A stretch of 64,000 nucleotides of DNA, from assembly GCA_028023455.1 (NCBI GenBank), contig JAQFVV010000005.1, positions 6,696,001-6,760,000 of the forward strand, written 5' to 3'. The stretch is from Epiperipatus broadwayi. Its lineage: Eukaryota > Animalia > Onychophora. The notes below the pieces were generated by a model. That model saw only the letters and a program-made list of their open reading frames with translations, had not been told where the DNA came from and searched no databases. The position numbers were made by a program, and so were the translations under genes. Each line of letters opens with the position of its first letter. The stretch's first letter is position 1. Positions 51,901 through 64,000 of this stretch are shown here, in pieces.

Positions 51901-53988
51901 CAGCACTTAAATGCATAACAAATTCATGCAGGATGTTAATACAAATAGAATTAACAGCCAGAAAATCTTTATCCAGCAATTTAAAATAGCAGCTATCTAA
52001 CAGACTGAGATTATAGTATGGAAAAGCTTCAATATGTTATGGCCTTGAAATGAGCAGTTAGTTTGCCTAAGTGGGCTAATTGTAGTTGATCTTATCATAA
52101 GATAACATGTCTGATCTTCTAAACTATAGTTATAATTTTTGAACTGCCTGCCTATCTTATGATATGACCAATGAAATATAAAAGGTTTAGTTGCCAAGTT
52201 TCAACATGAAAATGTAATAAAATTGTAACTTTCCCTGAAGAATTTGTCGACATAAGGAAAGTTTATCAGGAAAAAGGATATTAGAAAAAATTTAAACAAT
52301 ATAGAATGCACTCCAAGAATTTGAACTAGCCCATAATCTCTGAAGTTCTGTTAGAATTCAAATTCTAAAATCTCTCTAGGTGAGAACATTCATATTTACT
52401 TATTTTAACTCTCTCTATATACAGTATTTATTATCAAATTTATATTTTAAAGTTTTTATTATTATTTATGCCATTTTATATTTTAATTTAGTATTTATAA
52501 CTATTTGAAATGCAATGGTTTATTTTTCTCCCACCACATTATATACATATGTAGTTAAAAAGATTAGTAGCTTGCATTCCATTTTTAGGAGAAATTTAAA
52601 TTGTATTTATTTATCTACATTTAATATCATGTCATTAAAAATGCCTAATGCAGATTTTAAAATGTCTATAATATAAATAGGAAATGCAATATGCATATGT
52701 TGAATATAAAATTATTTTAAAATTTAGATAAATAACTAGGTTTTTTTAATTTATGGAATACACATTTATATTATGTTTAAATCAAATTTTTATCAAACTG
52801 TTTTTTTAATATTTAAAGTTTTTGTATTTCTTAATTCTCAATTCTATATACCTGTTCAAATTAGACTAGATTGTGCAATGTGTATGATAACAAGGGATTG
52901 TTTTAAATTGTCATATGGTAATTATTATCTTACAAAGCTAGCATTATGGGTAATAGCAATTTGAATTATAAGTAAGCTATATGATGATCATAGCCCTATA
53001 TTTTAGATTATGTGGTATTACATATGTATTATCTATCATGATTGAGGATGCTATAATAATTTAACTTTCTCAATATTCATTTTGGTTGTAGAATAATTTA
53101 TCATTAATTTATCTTTATCTAACCAAAATCTTGAACTGTTACAAAATATGTATTTAATCTTATACTTTAGTGATTAGCACCTGTCTCTGTCATGACAAAA
53201 TAAACTTGAAATCCAGGTGAATTTTTTTTTAGATAGTTATGGAATTTCATTAATGCTAAAAATAGTCAAATCATCATTCAATTATTGATTGATGAAATCG
53301 GCATTGAACAATTTTTAGTTTTTAACATAAGCAAGGAAAACTATTAATCAACACCTAATTAGCTCAATTCTTTGAAAATGTCTTTTTCTTTCTAGTGAGA
53401 TATGTTATCAAAGTGGTTATGATAAATATTATGAAGGGGATAAAACACAAAGAATAAAAGTTTCAAATATGTATTGTGTGTGTATTTTTATATATATATA
53501 TCATTTTAGTAAAAGTATTGATTTATTGATTCTTAAAAGCATTTTGCTTATTGTATTTAAGTTGAAAATATATTAGAAGTTTTAGTTCTATATTGATGAA
53601 ATAGTTTTCACAGAATTGATATGTAAAGACACCATCAAATTTTCATATGGCATTAAAAGCTAACTAGCTATTTTCATATTTTATGTATCAGGAAGAACAA
53701 AAATCCACTTAAATTGACTAAAATTTTATTTGTATATCTATAAATTATTTTTTTTATTTACTTCTTTTTGGTCTTCCTATGATGTGAGCAATACTTTGTC
53801 AGTATTTTTAAATTCTTTTTATATTTGTATTGGAAGGGAAATTGTGGCAAAATTTCATTGGCTAACTTTTCCCATCACTTCTGAGCTGCAATTTTCCCCA
53901 TCAGGCATTTCTCGTTAATTATATTCAGGTTATTTTCAAGATCAGGTTCAGAATCCATAAGTTCTCAAGTTTTTGTTTTAACAGTAGT

Positions 53989-54035
53989 AAACTCTACATA
54001 TAGTACTGTCACCCAGTGCAAACCTTAGTAATCAA
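53989..54035. mobile_element. Single-arm fragment of the palindromic family
   Basis: AAACTCTACATATAGTACTGTCACCCAGTGCAAACCTTAGTAATCAA matches 36278-36322. Confidence 0.65.
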
Positions 54036-56285
54036 AATCATGTGATGCTTTAGTTTTATTGTTATTAAAGGAAAAAGATATGATTTATCTACTACTGAAA
54101 ATTATTTAATTTTCATTAAAAAACTCCACACAATTTTCCAATGTATTAACCAATAGTATAAAATTGTGTACTTGGAGGAACATTTCTTAAGATTACTTGA
54201 TAATTGGCAATTTTACTAATGTTTATAAAACCCATGATTCATGGATTTCTAATGGTTCTCAGTGTCAAGAGCTAATAATTTAGTATATAATTTAAAGATA
54301 ATAAAAATATTATTTCATTTATTTTTCTTCCTTACATATTATTCCATAAAGAACTTAACATTAATAATTGTCTGAATTTTTTATATAATCATTTAATAAA
54401 AATCTTACTTGCCTACGGAAAAACTTAACAGTGTTCAAAACTATTACAATATTTTCCAGCTGGGCTTCATGTTCATTTATTATACATTTAAAAAATCTAA
54501 ATTCTGTACCAACTTGAAAATCTAATTTACATTAATTTGCTAAAATAGCTATAAAATTTTGCCTTTTGCTTTACCATTTTAAAGTGAAAGATGAATATAA
54601 AATGTAAAGGGAGGGAATTGGTGATTTCTATCTTTAAGGCTTTTTTAGCTACTAATCATATACATTTTTAAATAAAGAAATAAATGGATACTTAACCAGA
54701 GTTATTCAGATGTGTTAATGCACAGATCATAAAATAAATCTTGATCCCTACTGAGAGATGGTCTCTAAGAAATAAACTCAATTTTTGTAATTACTGATAA
54801 TTTTCTCAAACATCCCATTTGATAGTATCATCTCTGATTATTTATGTAGATTGGTCTAAAATAGAATTATAAAGTTTATTAATGCAAATATTCAATCCAA
54901 GCTGAAAATATGATATATTGTTTTGAAGACACCATTATTACAAATCTTACAATATTATAACTTTTACCCAGGAAAGGTCTAACATGCATAGTTTCTACAT
55001 TTCTTATTGATTAGATAATGATTTTAAAACTTTGCCCAATAAAAACAATACATATTGATGGAAACATTACACTTTTTATGCAGATGATAAAATTAACAAC
55101 ACAAAGTCTACAGAAGGGTAAAACAAGACTTTTTATAAATTTAAAATCATAACCAAATTGCAAAAACTGAAATTAAACTTATATAAGTTTTTATTACAAA
55201 TAATTATAGAGTAAACAAAAATAATAAATGATCAATAAGATTCTAGCTTTAACATATGAGTAAGCTTATTTTCCTAATTTAGTTTCTCTATATCTTTCCT
55301 GTAATCTCATCAACAGTTGCAAAACTCTGGACAGGTAAAAATTACTCGAGTCTTGTATCCTTATAAATAGATGCAAATTCATGTTCATATAATAAACACT
55401 TTTCCTGCAAGGGCAAAAAATATTTATAAATCTCTTGGGGATATTTTTCTTATATTACTCCAAACATTTATAATCAAATGAATTATCTTAACAACAAATA
55501 AACTGAAAACTAATATTGTATTCATCTTCAACTTTTAAATATACACATAAATATTCAATTACAGAAATGGTGGCAAGTTGAGATAAGGAAAAAAATTGAT
55601 GAACTACAAACCCCAATCATTGGTCATCTGAGAATAAAATCATAAGATAAATATTAATTATATTACATCAAAATTGATAAATTTAACCATTAACCATATA
55701 TTGGATATTAATGACAATCATAGTTCAACTTATACTATTCCAAGAACGATTTTGGGCACCAAATAGACACCAAGAATGTTTCTATTATCCTAATTCAGTA
55801 GAGCTTTATTATCCATATTTAATCTTGTTATCTGCGACTTATATTAAAAAACAAAGGGACTCCATTAGATTATGATGTATCTTCAATATTGAAATGCTAG
55901 TATAAATTGTTAAGGGGAGTGTATGCACTGGCATCTGTAATTGAAGTTTATAAAATGTTAGCAATTGTCTGTTACACCAATTACCTACTCAAGTTATCTT
56001 TTGGGCAAAGTTTATATACAACAAAAAGCTTGAAAAAAGCGTTTCTAATTAAGAAAGCCAATAACGAGAAACTAGTCTGGGATCTGATTGACACTAACAT
56101 GTATTATTCATTGCCTATTCATGCTTACATAAATAGCTATGGAATAAAGTATAGTGTATTAAAGTTGTTCTGCTGCTACAAATATTACAATTACATATAA
56201 GTAGTCATATATTACCTTGATATAATTGATACTTTAAATTTGTTTTTGTTACTATAGATTAAATATGTATTTGCAAACACTAGAG

Positions 56286-58245
56286 CAGGTGTCCCCAAAC
56301 TTTTTTGACAGTTAACTCCTCCTTCAAGAATTTTTCAATCTTTTACCAACCACTTCCATTTTATTATTACATAATTATTATAAAATGAAAAAAAAGGTAA
56401 TGTAATGTTTTGGATTGTTTATCTTACAATATTTATAATTTTTTAGATTACATATCTCTAATATATATGTTTTTTATTAAGTTGGTATAATTGACTGACA
56501 CTGTCAATGTGATGGATGTGTTAGGTGACTCTCGGCAAGATTAAGACTGTTTAAGATTAGCGAGTTTCAACCTTAAATCTCCATGGAATTCTATATTTAA
56601 ATTATTTCTCTTTTTTGTTACGATAGAATTAACATGCTAAAACCTGTTAAAACTATATATGAGTTTGGAAATGCAAGTGAAAATCGAAATACTACTTCAG
56701 AAAGTTTGGGATATTTTTGTATAAAATTTATGTTCATTCAAAAGTAATTTAAGGAAAAGCATCTTTTCAATAACAACTGATAATTCAGTAAACTGATCTT
56801 GTAAGTTATATTTGATGTTTTCAATTTCTGTTGAAAATGATACCATAACCCAATGTGGAATGTGCATGTTTTCTAAATCTTCAAAGTGCAATTTAAAATC
56901 ATCACTCAATTTTTGAAGATGCTTCATGTATATTTCCAAAACTTCATATTTTATTTACAATTACTGTAGATTCAAAAAGTGCTGAAAATTTCTTCATAAC
57001 AATGAAGATTTTAACAGGCTAATTTAATTTGTAAGCTTGATAGAATTGTCTAAGCTTAAATAATAATGATATCCTTACCTTGTAGACAGGTTAGGACATC
57101 ATTAAAATTTTGCAAATATGTCTGCCAAGTAGAAAATATAGTTCTTATTTCTCTTCAGTTTATCACTCAAAAACCAATTAACATCTATAAAAAATGCAAC
57201 AGTTGAGTCAAACAACTCAACAAGTCTTTGTAAATTTGCATCTTTAGATAACCATCTTACTTCAGTATGCAAAAGTAATTGGATTGATAATTTATCTTTT
57301 TTCTCTCACAAAGTTTGGTGAATGATCGTGATTTAATAGAATGAGCTCTAATTTGATTAATAGATTTAACTTCACCTTTAGGTTATCATGCAATTCTTCA
57401 TTGAGAATTTTTGCCACCAGATGGTTTCTGTGCAAAACACAGTGAATAGTACATACCTTGGAAATTTTTTCTTTAACAAAGTAGCAAAACCTTGGTAATG
57501 GCTCACCATTGCTGTTGTTTTTGCTATTATATTAGTAAATGGAATATCATACTTATTTAAATATTCCTCCAATTGCTGAAAAACTGTCAACCCTGTTCCA
57601 TCACTTTTAAGATATTTTGCAAATAAAAATTCATCAATAATTTGATGTTTGGTTTTACTAAAATATCTTACATAAGCCATAAGAATGCAAGAACTACAAA
57701 AAGTGGATTCATTAAGTTGGATGGTGAACTTATTATGTATCAGCTCTGATATCATAGTTTTTTCTACATCTTTAGCCAATTCACCTTTATTCACCCTCAA
57801 TGGTAATAAGCCTTTTAAAACAGTCTTTTTTCATTATAGTTTCAAGTACTTGTTTACTTGTGGGAACAATCATATCCTCTGCAATTGAATATAGTTTTCC
57901 CTTTTTTGCTATGTTAAGAGAAATATTATATGAAGTTGCTAATCCTCATTTTTTGTCAGCTTCTCTTTCAGTTTTTTAAAAGTCAAGACTATTGTCCTTC
58001 TTATCAGGATATAGTCTATGGAGATGATCTTTCATTTTTGTTGGTTTCATTGCATCATTACTAAAGTTTTTTCAGAGAAGACACATAGGTCTTGTTTCAT
58101 TTGTTAACAAAGGAATAAATCCAAAGTTCAAATATTCCACTGAATATTTTTTGCATTTCTTTTTAGAATCTGAAGCTGCCATTGCAAGTACTGGGGCTAT
58201 AACATAATAATTAAAATTGAACTTAGTAAGCAAAAAGGACTGCTG
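56286..58245 (-). mobile_element. Decayed hAT (Buster/Charlie, ZBED5/SCAND3-like) DNA transposon
   Basis: Terminus CAGGTGTCCCCAAACTTTTT. 8-bp nnnTAnnn flanks CACTAGAG / CACTATAA. Minus transposase remnants MAASDSKRKCKKYSVEYLNFGFI (from 58182), KFTIQLNEST...LMAYVRY and LLLHTEVRWLS. Frameshifted. Confidence 0.85.
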
Positions 58246-60599
58246 CACTATAATTTATTTTAAAATCTGAAGATAATTATTCATTTCAAAATAACGAAAT
58301 CAAAAATAATTTAATTAAAACATTTCCTAATTTTGTAAATTCTATGTTAATTTAACATTCATCAAAAATGAAGAAAACAATATATTCTCTGCACAGGGAA
58401 ATATCTAATTTTAAGGAAATTGAACAAAAGCATTCCAAGTCCAATAATAAATTTAGTCACAACTTTGTTACATTGAAATAATAAATTAATAAATCATATA
58501 TGTCAAAATTCAGAAAGGAATAAAAACTTACTTCAAAAAGAAATCTCTAATTTCCCTTCAAACTTTTTTTTTGCACTCACATAAAAAAATCTATTAAAAA
58601 ATGAAAATATCATTATAAATTATAACATTCAATAAACTACTTTAAAGTGAGAGGTTTCAATTTGATAATACCACTGCAGTTGATTTTGTTTTGATTATTT
58701 ATATTTTTACAACAAATATACAATACAATTAATAATTTTTTTTCTTTTATATATATATATAATAACATGAAATTAATTTTAAAATTATATTGTTACAATT
58801 TAGTTATTTTTTATAATAGTGATTCTTTATTCTTTCCATCGATGTCAAAGTTTGAATCAACCCCAAGGGTCTATATCGACTATATTGAAGACATCATCAG
58901 AGTATGAAATTATATAAGATGGTAATAAATATTTTCTAATAAAAAAAAAATCTTCTATCTAATGCTAATACGTATTTATAATTTTCTGTAGATATATTAT
59001 TATTGAATGGACTATTGTATAAATGAACAGACCATTAGATATGTTTAAAAGTTATTTACAAAAATAATAATAGAATACTATCACTTACATTCCATATCTC
59101 TAAAAAAAATAGTCTAAATAAAAATTAATATATTCTATTTTGAAAATGTGGCATGATTTCATTTCATAATATATATTCATTATTTAATAATTTGTCCTTT
59201 CTTCCAAATCTTTAGTATTCCATTTATCTTTATGCCACAGTGATTTCTCAAGTATAATTTCCCTTGCATTTGACAGCAAAAATTCATAACAGCATGTGTC
59301 ATCCATAGATACTAGATATTGTTATCTAATAATGTCTTTCCTGCTGTGGCTTTTGAATGACTACACTACAAAATATATTCTCTGTGGATGAAAAAGAAAT
59401 AGATTGGCATGGAAATTAGTTTCAAACTACTTTTCAGTTACTACTGAATACTTAAGTTTATATAGATAACTCAAAAGTAGAATAGAATTGTCATAGGAAA
59501 ATGAATTTTTTATTATTATCACTGTAAAAATATTACTCAGAATTAACTGATCAGGTAAACATGAATTAGGTCCAACTAGACTTTTTCTATCTTATAAATA
59601 ATCTCTTGCAAAAGCTGCATTTAAAACTATGGAGATCTAATAACTTTAGTATAAACTTAAGTTGTTATTATTGCTACAATTATCCATTGGTATACATACA
59701 AAATTATTTAGATAGCATTATATCCTTGCTTCAATTACAATAACTGATGTTCAACTATAAAATAATAAAAAATCATTTCCTTTCCGACATTTGAACAGCT
59801 TACTTACAAAATATGTGAAAGAAAAATGTAGAAAAGTTATCGCTACAATATATGCTAGGAAATTTATATCCTACCAAGAGATTTCTGTCCTAATAGTGTG
59901 AATTAACTTTTTGCAACAATAGAGTGAAAACCAGACTTTTCTTATTTTATTCAGGAATGACTATGGACCATAGTCCAAATTATATTAATCTAAAATTATA
60001 TATAAAGTAACTTCTTGGAATAATCTCCTAAAGTTGTCATGCAAATTCTTTATGGCTAGCTTCCTTAAAACTAGCATAATTCTCTTTGTAAATACTGTGT
60101 CCTGTTTAAAGAAAAAATTGCCCATAACAAAATTCTGAATAAAAATATTATCTTAATAAATATTGCTGGCAGACTCAAATTTATTCTTCACAGTAGCTTC
60201 CTACTCTTTTATATATTCTATTATAGTTGTCTCTTAGAAATTGTATAAAAAGCTGTGAATTTAATAGATAAGGCTTATCAATAACTCAAGACAAAGTTTC
60301 ACTACCTTAGGCTTGTCTTAAATTATGTTCATTTAAGCTACAATCAAAACAATTATAACACAAAAAATGAACTTCTTATGAAATTCAAAAAAATTTATTG
60401 TTCTAAATCTTACAATAAAATCAGTTGTATTTAATCCTTTTAAGACAATCCATAATCATTGTCTATATCTATTTCATAAATAGTACTTAACAGCCACAGA
60501 CCTACATCATTATCAACATTTTTAGAGATTATCAATTTATTGCAAAATAAAAATCATTCTCTAAGTACAATTCAGTTTATTCATTCTCTAGCCTCTCTG

Positions 60600-61015
60600 T
60601 TCATTATTTCATCTATCCATCTCAGAAGTGGTTTCATTCCAATCTTTTGGAATCCAATTTAAAAGTTTACCTGTTTATCTATTACCATCTCTTCTAGCAA
60701 TATAACTAGCCCAGATCTATTTCAGTCTTAATTCTTTCAATGATTGTCAAATGATATGTATTATCTCATCTATGCATTTTGTTTGCTACATCTTCTTGTT
60801 CTTTTAATTTACATCTTTCTATACTTCCATGACTGGTCTGAAATCTCTATATTACTCTTCTGCTAAGTCACCATGTTTCAGATACATAAGTAAGAACTAG
60901 TTAAACATCAATTAAAAACTTTTTTTTTTCCAAACATATAGACACATTTCCTTTTAATACTAAATTATTTTTACCCATACTAGCCATCCAAGTTTGATTC
61001 TATGATTAATTTCTA
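60600..61015 (-). mobile_element. Older RTE 3' fragment
   Basis: Diverged collinear match to ~3310-3730. Confidence 0.75.
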
Positions 61016-62416
61016 AGCCAAATAGATGTGGACAAATACAAACCCTGAATGGCATATGTAAATAATGTAAAATTTACAAATATAATGTCAGAATTGAATA
61101 ACTTAGTAAATCTATTTTCTGTTTAGAATATTACCATAAAAACATTGGTGGCAGATTCAAGTATATTCTTTTCAGATGCTTCCTGCTCTTTCACAGTCTT
61201 TTTCATCAACTCTACAGATTTTTAAGTTATTTTGATAAAAGATAAACTATCTAAAAAAAAATCATATGCTAAATAAATAATTGCAAATATTTATTTCTGA
61301 TAGTGTTTAAGAGTTCAAAAGTTGACTGGTGATAAAATAATCAAAATTAACTTGAATTAAAATATATATTAAGAAATCAGGCAGTTAGCAGTTACCCAAT
61401 TTTTAGATAATATTCATCTTATAAAAAGTACTATATAATAAATAGTAAAAGATTTACTGATATTTAAGAATATAAATTGAACATGCACTAGCTTTATTAC
61501 GGCTTTAATATAATGTATGTTCAGACTACATTGTTTAATTGCAGATTTATTTACATTTAAGATTTTATTGATGAGAGTCTATTATAATACAAAAAATTTC
61601 AACTACATAATGGCAAAAAAATTCCTTTATTTGGAAAACCCTTTTAAAACAACAATCTAATATATAATTATATGAATAGACATATTTCAAAGTTTGTTAG
61701 CACATGTGAAGCCTTTCTATCTCTTACTCTTTTCCTTAAAATCACATATTCACTTATTTCTTCTCATATCTTTTACTTTTACCAATCTAAATTTATAGCT
61801 TTAAAGTCACTCTTATTTATGGAATTATCTATAACTGTGCTCAATATAAAATGTCAAAAAAAAACCCACAACATTCAAGAAACTTCTTTTATAAGCGCTA
61901 ATTTTAATCAACAATAAAGTCATTTACTGCTCTTTTTATGTCTATTTAGACATTACAAATATCACACTAATTTCTTTATTATTTTTTTCCTCATTGATTA
62001 CCTAATTTCGTAAATATTTACAACTAGTTTCATGCTTTTTATTACACTAATTTTTAAATTCATATTGTGGATTGTTAAATGACCACTTTTATTATAGAAT
62101 TATATTAATTACATGATGTAAATGATTTATCAGTTTTCAAAAAACAAAACTGTTATTAGATTATTATTAGGAAACTAAGTGCAAATAAATGTAATGTTCT
62201 ATTTTGTTATAGTTACAACAAACATTATTTCAGCCATCACAACAGTTTGGCTGATTTACATTGCAGCAGATAAATGAGTTTTCTACAAAATTGAAGATAT
62301 TCTAATCATTCAAATTTTTTATTGGTTGAGAATGAAAATAGTTTCATGTTGTTTTCAACCCTAATCCTAAATTTAACAGCTTTATCAGATTGTGAAATTA
62401 AATTATGCATTATTAG

Positions 62417-63895
62417 TCATGTGAGTTGTATAAGAAACTCAAGAGTATCACTATCAGTGAAATGATTAGCTTCATGACCTTTCAAAACACTTTTATCTGA
62501 AACCTGGTATTCACATATATGACATTTAAGCACTTCAATACTTTGATCATTTCTCAGTGCACATTTTAGTTTCCGTTTATTTTGACACAAGTTCAAAGGA
62601 GCGTTCATATGATTAGATTGTTTATATAGTCTATTTAGAAAACCTTCTTCATAATCACATTCTCCAATATGTCTTCTTTCATGATTTTTTAAATGACTTT
62701 TTCGAGCAGCTGTGTAATTACATAAGTTGCAGTGGAATGGCTTTATCTCCAAATGAATTCTTAGGTGCAATTTTAGTACATATTTGCTGCCAACTTTATA
62801 ATCACACAAGGTACACTGATAAGGTTTTTCTCCTGTATGTACATTTTCATGTTTTTTTAAATCACTTTTTACAGCTGTTTTGTAATCACATAATCTACAA
62901 TGGAAAGGTTTCATTCCTAAATGTAATCTTCTTTCATGAGTTTTTAAACTACTTTTTAATGCAGCCTTGTAATCACACAATTTACAATGAAATGGCCTTT
63001 CCCCGGTATGTATGCGTTCATGACTAATCAATTTATTTTTCAGGGCAGTTCTATAACTACATAAACTGCAATGGTATGGTTTTTCACCTCTATGTAATTT
63101 TTCATGAAATCTTAAACTGCTTATGTAAGCAGTCTTGAAATCACACATGAAGCAATGAAGAAATTTTCCTTTTTCATGTATTTTTTCATGCAATTTTAAC
63201 CTAGACTTTACAGGTGATTGATAATTACATAAGCTGCAATGATACGGATATTCTCCTGAATGTGATATTTCATGTACTTTTAAACAGTTTTTGTGAGCAG
63301 TTTTGTAATTACAGAAGTGGCAATGAAAAGGTTTTTCCCCTGAATGTAGTTTGATGTGTTTACTTAAGTTACCTTTATCACTAGTTTTGTAATCACATAA
63401 TTTGCAGCTGAATAATTTACCTTCTGCATATGAAGAGTCATAAGTTTTTAAATGCCTTTTCGCAGCAGTCCTATATTCATCTGAGCTGCAAAAAAATGAC
63501 TTGTCTCCTGTATGCATTCGTTCACTGACTTTTAAATTATTTTTATCAGTGTCCATGTAAGAAATAAAGTTGCAATAAAAACATTTTCTTCTTTATGTGT
63601 ATGATCAAAACCTTTTGGTTTATTCTTAGTAGCAGTACTATAATAAATCACATAAATTGTCATGAAAAAGTATTTGATGTGAATGATTTCTTTCATATAT
63701 TTTACTATTATATTTTACATCTGTTCTGTAATCACATAAGCAGCACTGGAATGGTTTATCTACTGCATGAACTATTTTAGGCAATTTAAAATCATGGGAT
63801 TGAAAAGCATTGCAATGGCACTTGGACAATTTTTCTTCTGAATAAACAGTTTTATCCATTTTTAAATAATTTGATTTCTTCTGAATTGTAGCCAA
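62417..63895 (-). CDS. C2H2 zinc-finger paralog 3: 5' part disrupted (ORF 63638-63895), intact 379-aa 3' ORF with 9 tandem fingers plus the C-terminal module
   Basis: Both ORFs lie in the same frame and align to paralog 2. A +1 and a -1 indel between ~63645 and ~63575 introduce stops. Pseudogene, N-truncated gene or assembly error. Confidence 0.85.
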
Positions 63896-64000
63896 ATTTT
63901 ATGAACAGCATTCTCTCAAAAACCTAACATGGATGATTATTTTTATAATCTAAAACCTTTTGTCTTTTTCAACTGAAATGAAAAAAAAAAAATCAGTTTG

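Noticed and set aside
52228-52272. CTGAAGA...GAAA motif
   Set aside because: No proper stem II loop and no consistent stem I/NUH register; probably chance.

Overview
Very AT-rich, CpG-depleted animal (probably arthropod-like invertebrate) genomic DNA. Host content is a minus-strand tandem cluster of three paralogous C2H2 zinc-finger genes (11.4-12.9 kb, 30.3-31.7 kb, 62.4-63.9 kb). Each has one large coding exon. They share 3' blocks and a C-terminal module, and genes 1 and 2 have paralogous candidate non-coding first exons (18.3 kb, 40.1 kb). The rest is mostly decayed transposable elements: RTE and other LINE fragments, a decayed Ty3/Gypsy pol, a Buster/Charlie-type hAT, a pogo/Tigger-like MITE, decayed Penelope-like (PLE) RT/GIY-YIG remnants, two tRNA-Gly-derived SINEs with TSDs, a ~2 kb duplicated element and several foldback hairpins. 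The most striking signal is a set of palindromic, MITE-looking elements (15.1, 33.9, 36.3, 41.1 kb; fragments at 11.0 and 54.0 kb). Their arms encode type I hammerhead ribozyme motifs, one per strand, always with the cleavage site facing outward. They show covarying stem II, palindromic stem III loops (ACUAGU/ACGU, dimer-type) and copy-specific but symmetric ends. This suggests non-autonomous, probably Penelope-mobilised, ambisense hammerhead foldback elements. Everything was read by eye: no database searches, alignments or folding programs were run, and boundaries of decayed elements are approximate.
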